From Octopus sinensis (Eukaryota): a stretch of DNA of 35,506 bases. Positions 11,229 through 23,094 of this stretch are shown one piece after another. The stretch covers positions 1 to 35,506 of the forward strand of contig NW_021832293.1 in the NCBI RefSeq assembly GCF_006345805.1, given 5' to 3'. Every line of letters starts with the position of its first letter. Positions within the stretch are counted from its first letter, which is position 1. The position numbers were made by a program, and so were the translations under genes. The notes beneath the pieces were generated by a model. That model saw only the letters and a list, made by a program, of their open reading frames with translations. It made no database searches and was not told the origin of the DNA.

Positions 11229-11328
11229 ACTCATTCATGAAGATAATAAATGGATCCCCGTCACTATCGACGGCGAGTTTTCAATTGTTCGATCATCTGA
11301 ATTATCTGTACATTGTATCTGCACGTAA
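11229..11328 (+). other. Candidate exon (unknown gene)
   Basis: Acceptor tacttatctctttcacag. One frame reads LIHEDNKWIPVTIDGEFSIVRSSELSVHCICT* (stop 11326-11328); a possible donor GTAAAC at 11325 would give a symmetric 96-nt exon. Not identifiable. Confidence 0.2.
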
Positions 11329-11503
11329 ACAGGCTGTGTATTCTGCAGAAATATTAATATACCTTTATCGAAATCATCAGATAGAAACAATATGGCGCAG
11401 CATATGACATGGCTACCCATTTGAATTACAGATACAATGTATTATATGGGATTCTTTACTCTTTCCATCTAGTCCATTTGACTCACAAAAACTCGAAGCT
11501 ATA

Positions 11504-11798
11504 GTATTTTTGTATGTTCCTGGCTCTTACGGGCCGGTTCCCCGGTTTCCTTGGCGTATAGGTTCCTCACCTGGACGGGACGCCGGTCAGTCGCAGGTGA
11601 GCTGCAAGATGCAGGAGGAAAAAGTGAGAGAACGTTGTGGCGAAAGGGTCAGCAGAAGTTCGCCATTACCTTCTGCCGGAGCCGCGTGGAGCTTAAGTAT
11701 TTCGCTCATAAACATACACATCGCCCGGTCTGAGATTCGAACCCGCGATCCCTCGACCGCGAGTCCGCTGCTCTAACCACTAGGCCATGTGCCTTCAC
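11504..11798 (-). mobile_element. tRNA-derived SINE, same family as 7238-7539
   Basis: Near-identical to 7238-7539 with a short tail deletion; approximate TSD gaagctata at 11495-11503 and 11800-11808. Confidence 0.9.
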
Positions 11799-12129
11799 TG
11801 AAGCTATACTGAATGTCGGATGACACAAAATGTCACGTAGCCTGTTGGAGTATGGATCCTTGCAATTTACAAACGAACTTCTGCCTTATGAAATGTCAAA
11901 AATTCATCTGTCAAAGTCGCACGTTCACAAACTGTTGCACACATCTAGTATCTCACACATGCTGTCACACACACGTATTCAGTTACACACGCACTTAAAC
12001 GGTCACACGTCCACTGTCACACGTCTAATGTCACACAAATATATAAAGTTACAAATGTATTCTGTCATCTACGCATATAGTCAAGCACATACTGTCTCGT
12101 ATACATTCAAACTGGCGAAATGGGACTTA

Positions 12130-12235
12130 TTCCGCTAAACCTATAGAAGAGGACACTTGTTTATAGTGCCATGAAGTAGGCCTGAACTCGGGACTATGTT
12201 GTTGGGAAACAAACTTCTGAATACTCACCCACGTC
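12130..12235 (-). mobile_element. Degenerate SINE head (family of 17481-17902)
   Basis: ctatagaagaggacacttg..gtgccatgaagtagg.ctgaactcgggact resembles the reverse complement of the 17.5-kb SINE head. Confidence 0.55.
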
Positions 12236-12349
12236 TGTGTCCATATATATGGAGAAAAAAAAGAGTACTCAAATACCAGAGGTAGAGTCATATGCTTTAT
12301 TAAAAGCAGCAAAAATATCACAAAAATTGTTACATAGAGTTTCACGTTC

Positions 12350-12399
<50 letters not shown>

Positions 12400-13069
12400 C
12401 AGTATATATATATGAATATATATATATATGTATGTATGTATGTATGTATTATGTATGTGTGTGCGTGTGTGTGCGTGTGTGTGTGCATCCTATTAAACGG
12501 TATTCATAAATTTCTTGAAGCCTTGTTTTCGCTGTGAAAGTTATTACAGTAACTTGTGGATGCAATAATTTATACATCTCTTCGTCGGTCAAAGATTCTC
12601 TGGAAAATGGCCCAATCGGCATTCATCTGTGACCCATGAACTGCAGATTATCAGAAAAGCTGAAAAAGCGATGAGCGATTGTTGTTACGCTCGTCTGTCT
12701 TAAACGTGGCGGAAACATAATTCGATCGCTTTAATACAAAGAAGAAGAAAAAAAAAACAGAACAAAAAAAAAAAACGAAAAGAACAAGGAAAACAATCAT
12801 GAAAATGAAATGAAATGAAATAAATAAAGTAAAACTACGATGATGGATATCTGAACAAATGTGTAAAGGTAATAAGTGCAAGTCATGTAGCAATGACTGA
12901 CAAGACAAACAGTCCTTTCCACGTCTTTCGATTTGAACTGAATTGAATTCGAGACATAAAGCTTTTGTTTCTCGATTTCGGTGTTGACATCAATCATGTT
13001 GGCACCTTTCGCTTCACATCAATGACCAGTAATTCCGTCCATATTTTTATTCACGCTATCAAGTTGAAA

Positions 13070-13130
13070 ATCGATGACACGTCAAAAATGGCGTCGTTTA
13101 AAAGCATTGCTACTCGCCATTGTTGGGGGG
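13070..13130. promoter_or_regulatory. Promoter-like cluster: TGACACGTCA plus two convergent ATGGCG (YY1-like) motifs
   Basis: TGACACGTCA at 13075-13084 (CRE half-site CGTCA), AAAATGGCG at 13085-13093, CGCCATTGTT at 13115-13124 (weaker, opposite strand), then a G-run; CpG-rich patches at 12.65-13.15 kb. Confidence 0.4.
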
Positions 13131-13354
13131 GGGGGGGAAGACGGAAGGAAAGGACGGCAAATTTATACAATTCACCTTCACCTTCTCTGCTAATTTCTTT
13201 CGTGTGTGTTCATTCATTTATATTGATAATTGAAACTCATTCTGAAATATATGTACAGCTTTTAACCATTATATTCTCCTGCAATTTTTCCCTTGTTTTT
13301 GACCTGTGTAACGAAGTCTCCAGCTATCTTTGTGAACTTTATTTGTTTTATGAT

Positions 13355-13447
13355 TATTGTTGTTGTTGTTGTTTGTTGTTGTTGTTCTTCTTCTTCTTCT
13401 TCTTCTTCTTCTTCTTCTTCTTCTTCTTCTCTTCCTCCTCCTCCTCG
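13355..13447. repeat. (TTG)n-(TTC)n-(TCC)n array
   Basis: Directly visible. Confidence 0.95.
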
Positions 13448-13539
13448 TGTATTTAGCGATCAATCATGATGACTGGTTGGAAAACTGTAGTTGAAGAGGA
13501 GAGCTAGGAAGAAGGGGATATATATATATATATAATATA

Positions 13540-13575
<36 letters not shown>

Positions 13576-13639
13576 TGTGTGTGTGAGTGTGTGTGTGTGT
13601 GTATGTGAAAGAGTGAGAGAGAGTGTGTGTGTCTTTTTG

Positions 13640-13850
13640 TGTCTCTACCTGTCCCCCACTACCAGTTCACAACCGGTGCTGATGTTTTTACGTCTACGTA
13701 ACTTAGCAGTTCGGCAAAAGTGAGCAATAAAATAGGTACCAGGCTTAATAAAAAAAAGTATTGAGTTCGATTCATTCAAGTAAAAGGTTATTCTTGAAGG
13801 TGGTATCCCAGCATGGCCGCAGTCTAGTGACAGAAACAAGTAAAAAAACT
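13640..13850 (+). mobile_element. SINE 3' half (family of 17481-17902)
   Basis: acaaccggtgctgatgtttttacgtc..gtaacttagcagttcggcaaaag..ccagcatggccgcagtc matches 17720-17880. Confidence 0.8.
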
Positions 13851-14499
13851 TAAAGAATACACAGAATCTGACAAACCCTCGCAAAATGAAAATAAAAGTC
13901 TTTGGTAATAATGTACAATGATGTAAAAGTTTGCCTCCAATTTTCCATAAACGAAACTGAGTAGCATTGCTGTGCAGCTGTTGAACGTTGGGATAGCATA
14001 ACCCTGTACGATACAAAGATTGAAACGATTGTCGTCTCCCGCAGATGCTTTAGCTGTAGAAAATATATTCCAATGAGAATGAAAAGCTTATTCTGATATG
14101 TCTGGGGAGAGTAATTTCTTTGTGCTTTATAATGTAACACACTCACAGGTAAAATTTCCACTTATTTCCTATTTTTAGTTTTCTAAAATTTATTCTGATA
14201 TTATGATGAAATATATGAATTCAGTGAATAATATTTTTTTATTTTTTGCTGGACTACTAAGAGTATACGATTGAGTATTAACATGTAAACTTCAATGGTT
14301 CTGTAGTTGTACCATGTAAGCTTTATGGTTGTCGCTGAAAATTGGTTTAGCCTTTCTTCGGAGTTTAGATTGTAAAAGCGAAGTTGTTGGTGTCAGTAAA
14401 GATACAGCGACATTTGCGTAATTCATTGCTGACTTTTCTTCTGTTTACTGATTGCAGTACTTTATAAATATGCTAAATCGCCCCCGAAGTCAGGTGTAG

Positions 14500-14695
14500 T
14501 ATTCTTTTTATGCTTTTATTTGTTTCAGTTATTTGATTGCAGCCATGCTGGAGCACCGCCTTTAGTTGAAGAAATCCACCCCAGGACTTATTGTTTTTTA
14601 AGCCTACTATTTCTTCAATCAGGCACTGGTGTCGATGTAATCGACTTAACCCCTCTCCTCAAATTTCAGCCTTTGCCTATAGAAGAAACGAGTGT
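14500..14695. mobile_element. Two SINE tail fragments in opposite orientation
   Basis: 14520-14610 is the reverse of the gctccagcatgg tail; 14625-14690 is a gtcgatgtaatcgactt tail as in 16810-16950. Confidence 0.65.
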
Positions 14696-14697
14696 TG

Positions 14698-14730
14698 GTA
14701 TTATTATTATTATAATTATTATTATTATTA

Positions 14731-14794
<64 letters not shown>

Positions 14795-14838
14795 CTTCAT
14801 CATCAACATCCTCATCATAATCATCATCATCATCATCA
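14698..14838. repeat. (ATT)n/(CAT)n array
   Basis: Directly visible; forms the 3' flank of the R4/Dong-like element. Confidence 0.95.
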
Positions 14839-15250
14839 TAGTTGCCTTTGCACAGCTTCTAACACTGGAGATGTACTACGGTGTCAGCTGCTCACAACCA
14901 GTGAACTAACGCAATACCCCTTATTTTTCGAGCACTTTCCGGAGTATTCGAGTGGTTCCAAGCAGTGCTGTTTTCTGCAAGTGCTCCACCCTTATTGCAG
15001 TCCCTATTTGTTCCATGTCTACAGGGCTGATCGGGTAGTAACACTTCATGACGACAGCATAATTTGTTTGCTTCATTTACGCTGTGTGGTGGTCCCTTAC
15101 TGGATATCGACAGGTTGGAGACGGACCAGAATCGCTGAGCCTGCCGGGTGCAACACAGTCACTATCAGTGGCTTCAGTTTCATTATCACCGTTATTCACA
15201 ATATTTTGATTTTTCATTGTCACTCATATGAGGTATCGATTATCAGGTTA
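14839..15250 (-). mobile_element. R4/Dong-like (RLE-type) non-LTR retrotransposon remnant, apparently internally deleted
   Basis: Minus frame 15217->14921: MKNQNIV...HHTA*MKQTNYAVVMKCYYPISPVD-MEQIGTAIRVEHLQKTALLGTTRILRKVLEK*. LQKTALLGT.RILRKVL is the typical C-terminus of R4/Dong-type ORFs. An ~80-nt 3' UTR runs into (ATG)/(AAT)n. Confidence 0.75.
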
Positions 15251-15254
15251 CGCA

Positions 15255-15410
15255 ATTACCAGTGTTTTTATTGTGATTCCACCCGGGCTTAACTATGTTA
15301 TGTTTCAGCTCCATCCCGTAACCTAGAGACGCAACACTTTCCTCAACGCACAAGCTGTCCCAAATATGGCTGTCAACTGAAATCTTCCTATAAAGTTGGT
15401 ATTTGCAGCT
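15255..15410 (-). mobile_element. Second R4/Dong-like 3' end
   Basis: Minus 15379->15323 reads QLTAIFGTACALRKVLRL*, a diverged version of the same C-terminal motif, followed by a short 3' UTR. Confidence 0.55.
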
Positions 15411-16345
15411 TTTGATTCCAGAAAAGATACATTTCGGAAAGGAGTCGTATATAGTATTAATTTTCACTTAATGTTTTATTACATTATTATCATATCAAGT
15501 GAGAGCTCAGCATCATAGCCGCAGTGACGGTTTACGGTTGGATAGTTCATTAAAGTATCCATTAGACTATCCATTTATTTATTTAAAATGACTTATCTTC
15601 CGCAGAATAGTTTACATTCCTTCAGTAAATGAATCAAACCGACGAAAGTTTCAATTATGTTATTATTTCATTCAGGCGTCACTTATCAAAGGCAGCGATA
15701 TACACCTCTGTATCATCGACAAAATAACAGCTTATGACTCATGGCTGGATAGGTGACTAAACTACCCATTAGGCTAACCTTGTATTCACTGACGACAAAT
15801 TATCTTCTGCTGAATAGGTTAGAATTAAATTGATCCATCAGATTTTAATCATTGAATCCGATAGATTTTTTGATGTCAGCAGACAGTAATGTCCTTGAAA
15901 AAGGATTGACACTGTGGGGTATTTGGTTAATTAGCTAACGTTTATTTAAGTATGCTTTCAACTCCAGTTCAGATTATGGGCCAAGCGTGAAACAGGGAGC
16001 GAGATATCGAGAAACCCTTACATGCTCGATCACTTATAAGCAGAATTCATATCAACCTCAAATCTCACACTAATATCTTGGCAAAGTAAATGGATCTAAT
16101 ATTTTTCTAAATGGATGCTCATGGCTGGAATACCTTTCATCATAAGAGTGCACAAATAAATCAAAAGTGGGGTTAATCAAAAACAGCAATAACCGTAACA
16201 AAAATCCTAACTCGGCCAAGTTGATGGGATTAAACTTTCACTTTGCTTTCGAAAATGTGAATATTAAAAGTAATTTTCTTGAGTCTAAATTTAAAAAAAA
16301 AACATAACAGCTTAAAACAAATATTCGCAACTCAAAGAACAAGAC

Positions 16346-16449
16346 CTGTGGTATTGCGTAGAATATTTGCTGTAGGCCATCTTTTAAACCAACAAAAATC
16401 ACATACATGGTTACACTTCGAATCAGTTAAGATCAGAAGCCATGAGGGC

Positions 16450-16452
<3 letters not shown>
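16346..16452. mobile_element. Interspersed repeat fragment (copy of 3051-3127)
   Basis: Alignable by eye; ends at (ATT)n. Confidence 0.6.
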
Positions 16453-16508
<56 letters not shown>

Positions 16509-16673
16509 TTATTATTCAGTGGTGTTATTTTTAGCACGTGCTTTCACTGCACTACAATACACAGAGCGCAGCTCTACGTATCTTGGGTATGTGCTGTGGT
16601 TTGTTGTGGTGCTCTTAGTTTCATTGTATTGGAAGTGTTTTACGTGGGTTGGTTATTATTATTATTATTATTT

Positions 16674-16759
<86 letters not shown>

Positions 16760-16760
16760 T

Positions 16761-16797
<37 letters not shown>

Positions 16798-16803
16798 TAT
16801 CAT
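16453..16803. repeat. (ATT)n arrays interrupted by a retroelement 3' end
   Basis: (ATT)n at 16453-16513 and 16653-16803. Confidence 0.95.
16514..16652 (-). mobile_element. Third putative R4/Dong-like 3' end embedded in (TAA)n
   Basis: Minus strand ...RKTLPIQ* (stop 16621-16623) resembles the LRKTLS end of the motif; ~105 nt of UTR runs into (AAT)n. Only a few codons are retained. Confidence 0.45.
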
Positions 16804-16809
16804 TTTCAA

Positions 16810-16950
16810 AATCCACCGGGTTCTTTCATCTTTTCATCCCTTTGCCTTTCATCCTTTCGAGGGCGATGAAATATGTCCCAGTTATGCAATGGGGTCGATG
16901 TAATCGACTACCCCTCCCACCAGATTCCAGATCTTGTGCTTATCGTAGAA
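16810..16950 (+). mobile_element. SINE central domain and tail (family of 30605-31171)
   Basis: ctttgcctttcatcctttcgagggcgatgaaat..ggggtcgatgtaatcgact. Confidence 0.75.
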
Positions 16951-17480
16951 AGGATTATTGTACAGTGGTGGCGAGCTGAAAGAGCAGCGCTTGCCATCAA
17001 AGTGACTTTGGGGTACAAATATGCGAAACCCAATATACGCATCATGACTACCTCTCTGATGAGGGTACACCAGACATATGCATCAGAAGCATATGTGGGC
17101 GACATGGTGACCTCATATCCAGATAAACAGCGCATGACTATAATTATTATAAAAATGAGAGCGCAAAAGAAATTGATTCTGTTTATTGAATTGAACAATA
17201 TTTCGGCATTATATCTGTCTTCCTCGGATTCAAAATGAAAAATTAAAAGAAATTCAAAATATGACGCCATTAGTTTTCGCTTTTTTATAACTGCTAAAAA
17301 GGTAAATTAAAAAAACAAGTTAAGAGAAAAAAAAAAAAACGAAAACGAAAGAGGACACTTGTGGAAAGAGTTATGAGGAAATGTGATAGAATCCGACAGC
17401 CATTTTGTTTATTCCTTCAGGGTGTGAATTTAGTAATTCACAAATATATTTATCCTTATGTGTCTTGAGGACAGAAAATA

Positions 17481-17902
17481 GGTGCAGGAGTGGCTGTGTG
17501 GTAAGTTGCTTGATAACCAACCACATGGTTCCGGGTTCAGTCCCACTGCGTGGCATCTTGGGCAAGTGTCTTATGCTATAGCCCCGGGCCGACCAATGCC
17601 TTGTGAGTGGATTTGGTAGACGGAAACTGAAAGAAGCCTGTCGTATATATGTATATTTATATATAAGTGTGTGTGTATATGTTTGTGTGTCTGTGTTTGT
17701 CCCCCTAGCATTGCTTGACAACCGATGCTGGTGTGTTTACGTCCCCGTCACTTAGCGGTTCGGCAAAAGAGACCGATAGAATAAGTACTGGGCTTACAAA
17801 GAATAAGTCTCGGGGTCGATTTGCTCGACTAAAGGCGGTGCTCCAGCATGGCCGCAGTCAAATGACTGAAATAAGTAAAAGAGTAAAAGAGTAAAGAGTA
17901 AA
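17481..17902 (+). mobile_element. Full-length composite tRNA-derived SINE with CORE-like segment, internal TA/TG spacer and (GAGTAAAA)n tail
   Basis: Head gcaggagtggctgtgtggtaag..ggttccgggttcagtccc, then cttgggcaagtgtctt (CORE-like), spacer, and 3' module ending gagtaaaagagtaaa; reverse copy at 22199-22632. Confidence 0.9.
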
Positions 17903-18179
17903 ATGAAGCACGGTCAGAATAATTACTGGGAGCGGAAAACACTGCCTATATACACATATTTTCCCTTTCATAGCCCGACTGATAAGAATAACTTGTAAAG
18001 TAAAAATTAATGCTTTCTTTTTACTTCAATATACGTTAAAAATTGCCTGGGAAATACACCAATATATACATCCACGGAGAATACATGCCCACACACACAC
18101 GGACTCAATAACAAACACACTTGTATGAATCCATCCACCCACATATTCATAGACACACACATACATACATACGTGTATG

Positions 18180-18220
<41 letters not shown>

Positions 18221-18226
<6 letters not shown>

Positions 18227-18522
18227 GCACAATGGCCCAGTGGTTAGGGCAGCGGACTCGCGGTCGTAGGATCGTGGTTTTGATTAGCAGACCGGACGTT
18301 GTGAATGTTCATTGAGCGAAAACACCTAAAAAGCTCCACGAGGCTCCGGTAGGTGGTGGTAATCCCTGCTGTACTCTTTCATCACTCTTTCTTCCACTCT
18401 TTCTTCTGTTGGCCTGCTCGCTTAGCCAGCGGGGTGGCGTCATTCGAGGGCTAAAAATTTATGAGAACGCATTGTGACCAGCGATGTGTAACTACATCTG
18501 ATGGACTGGTCGGTCACGTGAT
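18221..18522 (+). mobile_element. tRNA-derived SINE, same head as 7238-7539 but tail type 2
   Basis: ggcacaatggcccagtggttagggcagcggactcgcggtcg...ggtcggtcacgtga; reverse copy at 29156-29461. Confidence 0.9.
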
Positions 18523-18534
18523 ATATATATATAT

Positions 18535-18800
18535 AATAATTGATATAGGATAAATTTTTTTTCGGGAAAATTTTTTATCAATGGCCAGCATATCAAAAAA
18601 TGCCTTTAAAGGTAAAATTATACATAATTACAAGATAAGGGCAGAAAAAAAATCTCCATGCCAAGATACGCCGAAAACAAAAAATGGTCGATAACCATTA
18701 AATTATGCGTCTCGAAACAAAACAATAGAAATCTCTAAAAAATTCGTTATTACCGTATTGGTCCAATTTCGGGGTTAATTCACAAGAAATTTTCACATAT
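18535..18800 (-). mobile_element. AT-rich PLE-like terminal remnant with 3' half of a hammerhead
   Basis: Flanked by (TA)n on both sides. Minus strand aacccc-GAAA-TTGGACCAA-TA-cggt (18752-18775); CTGATGA half absent. Confidence 0.4.
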
Positions 18801-19255
18801 ATATATATATATATAGGTTAGAGACAGGTGTTCTCCATATAGAATAGACTTCGAAGCGCTCAAGAGATTTGAACTTGAGCCGGTAGATGAATAAATGCAA
18901 TGACGAGTAAGTTAGGCAACTCGATTTACACGGAATATTAAATACATTTAAGACAAAAAAAAATGTACATGTGTATGGACATAAAGCAGTCCGACTTACA
19001 GAATATCAATGATACCAGGGGTAAAATGGGTAGAGGTTTACGAGTCCAACAGCTGTTTCTGGGAGCTTGGTGGTGCGGAATAGTGATAGTTATTTGGATT
19101 CATTATCGAATCATATCGCCTCTCTCTTCAGGGGAGAATTTTAAGTCGAACTATTGTATATCCGTACACATGTACATGTTTTCTATAAAATGTATTTAAT
19201 ATTCTATGTAAATCGACTTGCCTAATTTGCTTGCCATTACATTTACACACACACA

Positions 19256-19317
<62 letters not shown>

Positions 19318-19429
19318 AAATTAAGATACCGTTGATTTAGGTACTTAAATTGAGGCACCTTTTTCGGTTGATATAAACAGCACAACCAAACAATTTTTAT
19401 TGAATATTAAACATCAAATCTCTGTGCAG

Positions 19430-19474
19430 GAATGTTTGTTTGCGCCTGATACTCCTGCCCTGTGTGATTCCAAG
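19430..19474 (+). other. Candidate 45-nt symmetric exon
   Basis: aaatctctgtgcag|GAATGT...TCCAAG|GTAGGT; phase-0 frame ECLFAPDTPALCDSK. Confidence 0.25.
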
Positions 19475-19849
19475 GTAGGTGAATAAAATATCAATGAATA
19501 ACGAAGATGTACAGGTGTCTATCCATTACGGCTGTTTTAAGAGATTCATTAATTGATTAATGAAAACAGTACATCATTTGAAAGAAACCGTTCTCGACAG
19601 ATGACCGCATAGACTTCAAACATGAAGGATAAAACCACTGCTGTAACATATCACAAGAGAAACAATGTAAATATTTTGAGTTCCATTATTGATGTGATTT
19701 CAGCACTGAGGTATTTTCTCCTGTTCTAATGCATATATATATATATATATGCATATATATTTATATATATATCATTCTCACGCATACGAATTTGAGTTGA
19801 ATAAACACATTTAATACATATATGATATATGCATGTATGCATATATTCG

Positions 19850-19985
19850 TGCAGATGTGGCTGTGTTGTAAGAAAATTGATTTGCAACAATATGGTTCTG
19901 GGTTCAGTCCAACCTCGGGTTACTGTTCCTACAATAGCGTCGGGTCTACCAAAGTCTAGTGAGTGGATTTGTTAGACGGAGTATT
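19850..19985 (+). mobile_element. Degenerate SINE head (family of 17481-17902)
   Basis: gtggctgtgttgtaag..ggttctgggttcagtcc..gtgagtggatttgttagacgga. Confidence 0.75.
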
Positions 19986-20010
19986 CATATATATATATTA
20001 TAATATATAT

Positions 20011-20041
<31 letters not shown>

Positions 20042-20211
20042 ATGTATGTATATAATGTATATATATGTATGTGCGTGTGTATATGTATATATGTATATAT
20101 ATATGTATATATATTCGTTGGTACTCTTGATTCTTAAGCATGATGCTATTCGTCAGCCAAATTTATTATATGTTTATGTAGATCTTATCTATCTATCTAT
20201 CTATCTATCTC

Positions 20212-20262
<51 letters not shown>

Positions 20263-20287
20263 CTCTCTCTCTCTCCTCTCTCTCTCA

Positions 20288-20323
<36 letters not shown>

Positions 20324-20479
20324 ATATTATATATATATATATATATATACATACATATATATATACATATAGAAATATATTTTATACATATATATGCATG
20401 CATATATTATAGATGCAAATATCTATCTATATATAAAATAATACACAAACATATATAATGCATATATGCAATTTCTCTC

Positions 20480-20515
<36 letters not shown>

Positions 20516-20575
20516 GTAATATGCATATATATATATACATACTTAAATTAGTATATATATGTATGTGTAAGTGTT

Positions 20576-20618
<43 letters not shown>

Positions 20619-20630
20619 GTATGTATATAT
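19985..20630. repeat. TA/TCTA/TC compound microsatellites
   Basis: Directly visible. Confidence 0.9.
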
Positions 20631-20837
20631 GTAAGACATACAACATTCATTTTATGAGAATCATATAACCTATTCTATCCACTGCCGCCGACCCTTCTCC
20701 GCCGCCACCTCTGCCCAATACCGATCCATTGTATACAAACTCTAATATCATGTATTTCTATGTCATCACGCACTCGGCTCGAGCTTTGCCATCGGATTTA
20801 CTTATGTCAATAAGCGTTACAACGGGTACATGTAAGA

Positions 20838-20839
20838 AG

Positions 20840-20876
<37 letters not shown>

Positions 20877-20908
20877 TGAGTGAGAGAGAGAGAGAGAGGG
20901 AGAGAGAG

Positions 20909-20951
<43 letters not shown>

Positions 20952-21186
20952 TTTTACAAGTAAAAACAGTTGTAGAGGACAACATATGCAGATATGCTTT
21001 GCGTGCAAGTATGCGTGTGTCAGTGTGTCGCTAGATATATATTTGTGTGCGCGTGTGTATGTGTGTGTATACGTTAGTCTGTGTGTGTCTGTGTGATATA
21101 TGTGTATTTGTGTTTGCGTGTATATATATATATATGCATATACGTTTATACATATGTAGATATATGCGTATATATGCACTTGTATA

Positions 21187-21219
<33 letters not shown>

Positions 21220-21441
21220 GTTTGTGTGTGGGTATGTTTGTAAATGTAAATGTAAATATTATTATACATATATACACACATATATATGTGTCTGTGTATA
21301 TATGTATGTATATTTTTATACACACACACACACATATATATATATATAATGTTTGACAAAGGTGATGATAACTTATAAACATGCGAAATCCTCCGGAATT
21401 TAAAGTACACACGCGCGCACACGCACACACACATATACACA

Positions 21442-21478
<37 letters not shown>

Positions 21479-21490
21479 ACACACACATAC
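20838..21490. repeat. (GA)n, TG/TA and (CA)n compound microsatellites
   Basis: Directly visible. Confidence 0.9.
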
Positions 21491-21620
21491 ACAAAATCAA
21501 CGAAAGTAAAAATGATGGAAACTGAAGAATAATAACAGACATACGGAATATCTTTTGAAAATAACGCGTAAACTAAAACTCCCATTTTTTTTTTTGTTAT
21601 TCTTACCATTATTCTGCTAG

Positions 21621-21708
21621 CATGGTTTTGGGTCTCGTTCTCTGGCAGTCGTAGATTTCAACAGTATTTTATCGATTCATAAGCATAAACGACCTTCAAT
21701 TTTCATAG
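21621..21708 (+). other. Candidate 88-nt exon
   Basis: Long poly-T tract then attctgctag|CATGG...TTCATAG|GTGAGT; open frame HGFGSRSLAVVDFNSILSIHKHKRPSIFI. Confidence 0.25.
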
Positions 21709-21728
21709 GTGAGTTGAGTGTATACGCG

Positions 21729-21814
<86 letters not shown>

Positions 21815-22198
21815 AAGTTCTTTATAGTAAGTTTTCTTCTGCACAATGAAGAGATATGGAGATACTCTTTGGTTTATGTTTTATTCCAAAGAACACTATC
21901 TCTTCCGTTAACAATCCATTTGATTCTGATATTTGTTTTGTTTTGTTTCCGTTTTTTGTTTATTCTTATCCTTGGAATGAAACCAGACTCTTGGGCGCAG
22001 CTGTTTTGCCGGTTGCGAATTTGGCACAGTTGCATAGATTTGAAATGTTCTGAAAATAAAAATTAACTAAAATTAACTAGAAAGAAAAAAAAAGCAAAAT
22101 AGATTCCGAAATGATTCAAAAATAGAATTCTCGAAAAAAAAAAAAATAGATTCCAAATTTTAAAAACCGCTGGAATTTAGTTGCCAACACAATATATA

Positions 22199-22632
22199 CT
22201 CTTTTACTCTGTTACCTGTTTCAGTCATTTGACTGCGGCTATGCTGGAGCACCGCCTTTTAATCGACAACTCGACCCCGGACTTATTCTTTTGTAAGCCC
22301 AGTACTTATTCTATCGGTCTCTTTTTACGAACCGCTAGGTAACGGAGACATAAACCCTCAGCTCTGTTCAAGCAATGCTAGGGGGACAAACACACACACA
22401 CAAACACACACACACACACACACACACATTATATTATATAATATATTATATATATATATATACATATATACGACGGGCTTCTTTCAGTTTCCATCTACCA
22501 AATCCACTCACAATGCTTTGGTCGGCCTGAGGCTATAGTAGAAAACATTAGCCCAAGTGCCACGCAGTGGGACTGAACTCGGAACCATATGGTTGGTAAA
22601 CAAACTAATTACCACACAGCCACTCCTGCTCC
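22199..22632 (-). mobile_element. Full-length composite SINE (reverse copy of 17481-17902)
   Basis: Head, CA/TA spacer and tail all align to the 17.5-kb copy. Confidence 0.9.
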
Positions 22633-23094
22633 TATTTATATATATTTTTTTTGTTCAAAAGTGTCATTTTTGGAATGATTTTCTGTTATAATACGTCAAG
22701 ACTAATGTGGCAACGTGACTTGCAAAATACCAATTCTATTTTTGGTAGATATCTAACATTATTACTAGAATAACTATGAAATTTAATTTCGCTGTTAAGA
22801 TTTAGCAAAAATAAAATTGATGGGAAAAGCAATAATTTAGACTCAGAATTTTATTAAAATTTAATCAATAAAAATTTCAATAAACTATAACATTCCAAAC
22901 AAGCGATGGTTTGGATTATATTCAGAAATATGAAGGTTACGAAGTGTTAGAGAGCATTTGTAATCTTGGAGATCAAATTCCCGATAGCCATATCACGAGA
23001 AAGACTCTGTGAGAAAGCTGTGAGTTTGGAATATCCCATTATCCGATTTGCTGTAATAGTGTAACGTTCCAAATTCTCGTTGTGTCTTCCTTCA

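Noticed and set aside
11229-11328. Assigning ...SVHCICT* to a cystine-knot protein (IL-17, noggin or neurotrophin)
   Set aside because: Only a terminal CxC resemblance; the other cysteines and upstream exons were not found, and another frame is equally open.
11374-11380. CTGATGA on the minus strand as a hammerhead
   Set aside because: No helix II or GAAA follows.
12325-12350. Minus-strand GAAA-ctctatg-TA-acaa as a half-hammerhead
   Set aside because: Helix III is not palindromic and the 5' half is absent; too little evidence to count.
12965-13456. 163-aa ORF overlapping the promoter-like site
   Set aside because: Passes through a G-run and the TTG/TTC arrays; no protein-like features.
13850-14161. 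Minus-strand region open in several frames after a ttttctacag acceptor
   Set aside because: No clear donor and no way to choose a frame or recognise a product.
15215-15260. CTGATAA...GAAA near the 5' end of the R4/Dong-like remnant as a ribozyme
   Set aside because: The core does not match CUGANGA and there is no convincing helix III or NUH.
17056-17062. CTGATGA on the plus strand as a hammerhead
   Set aside because: No correctly placed GAAA, helix III or NUH; lies inside another repeat.
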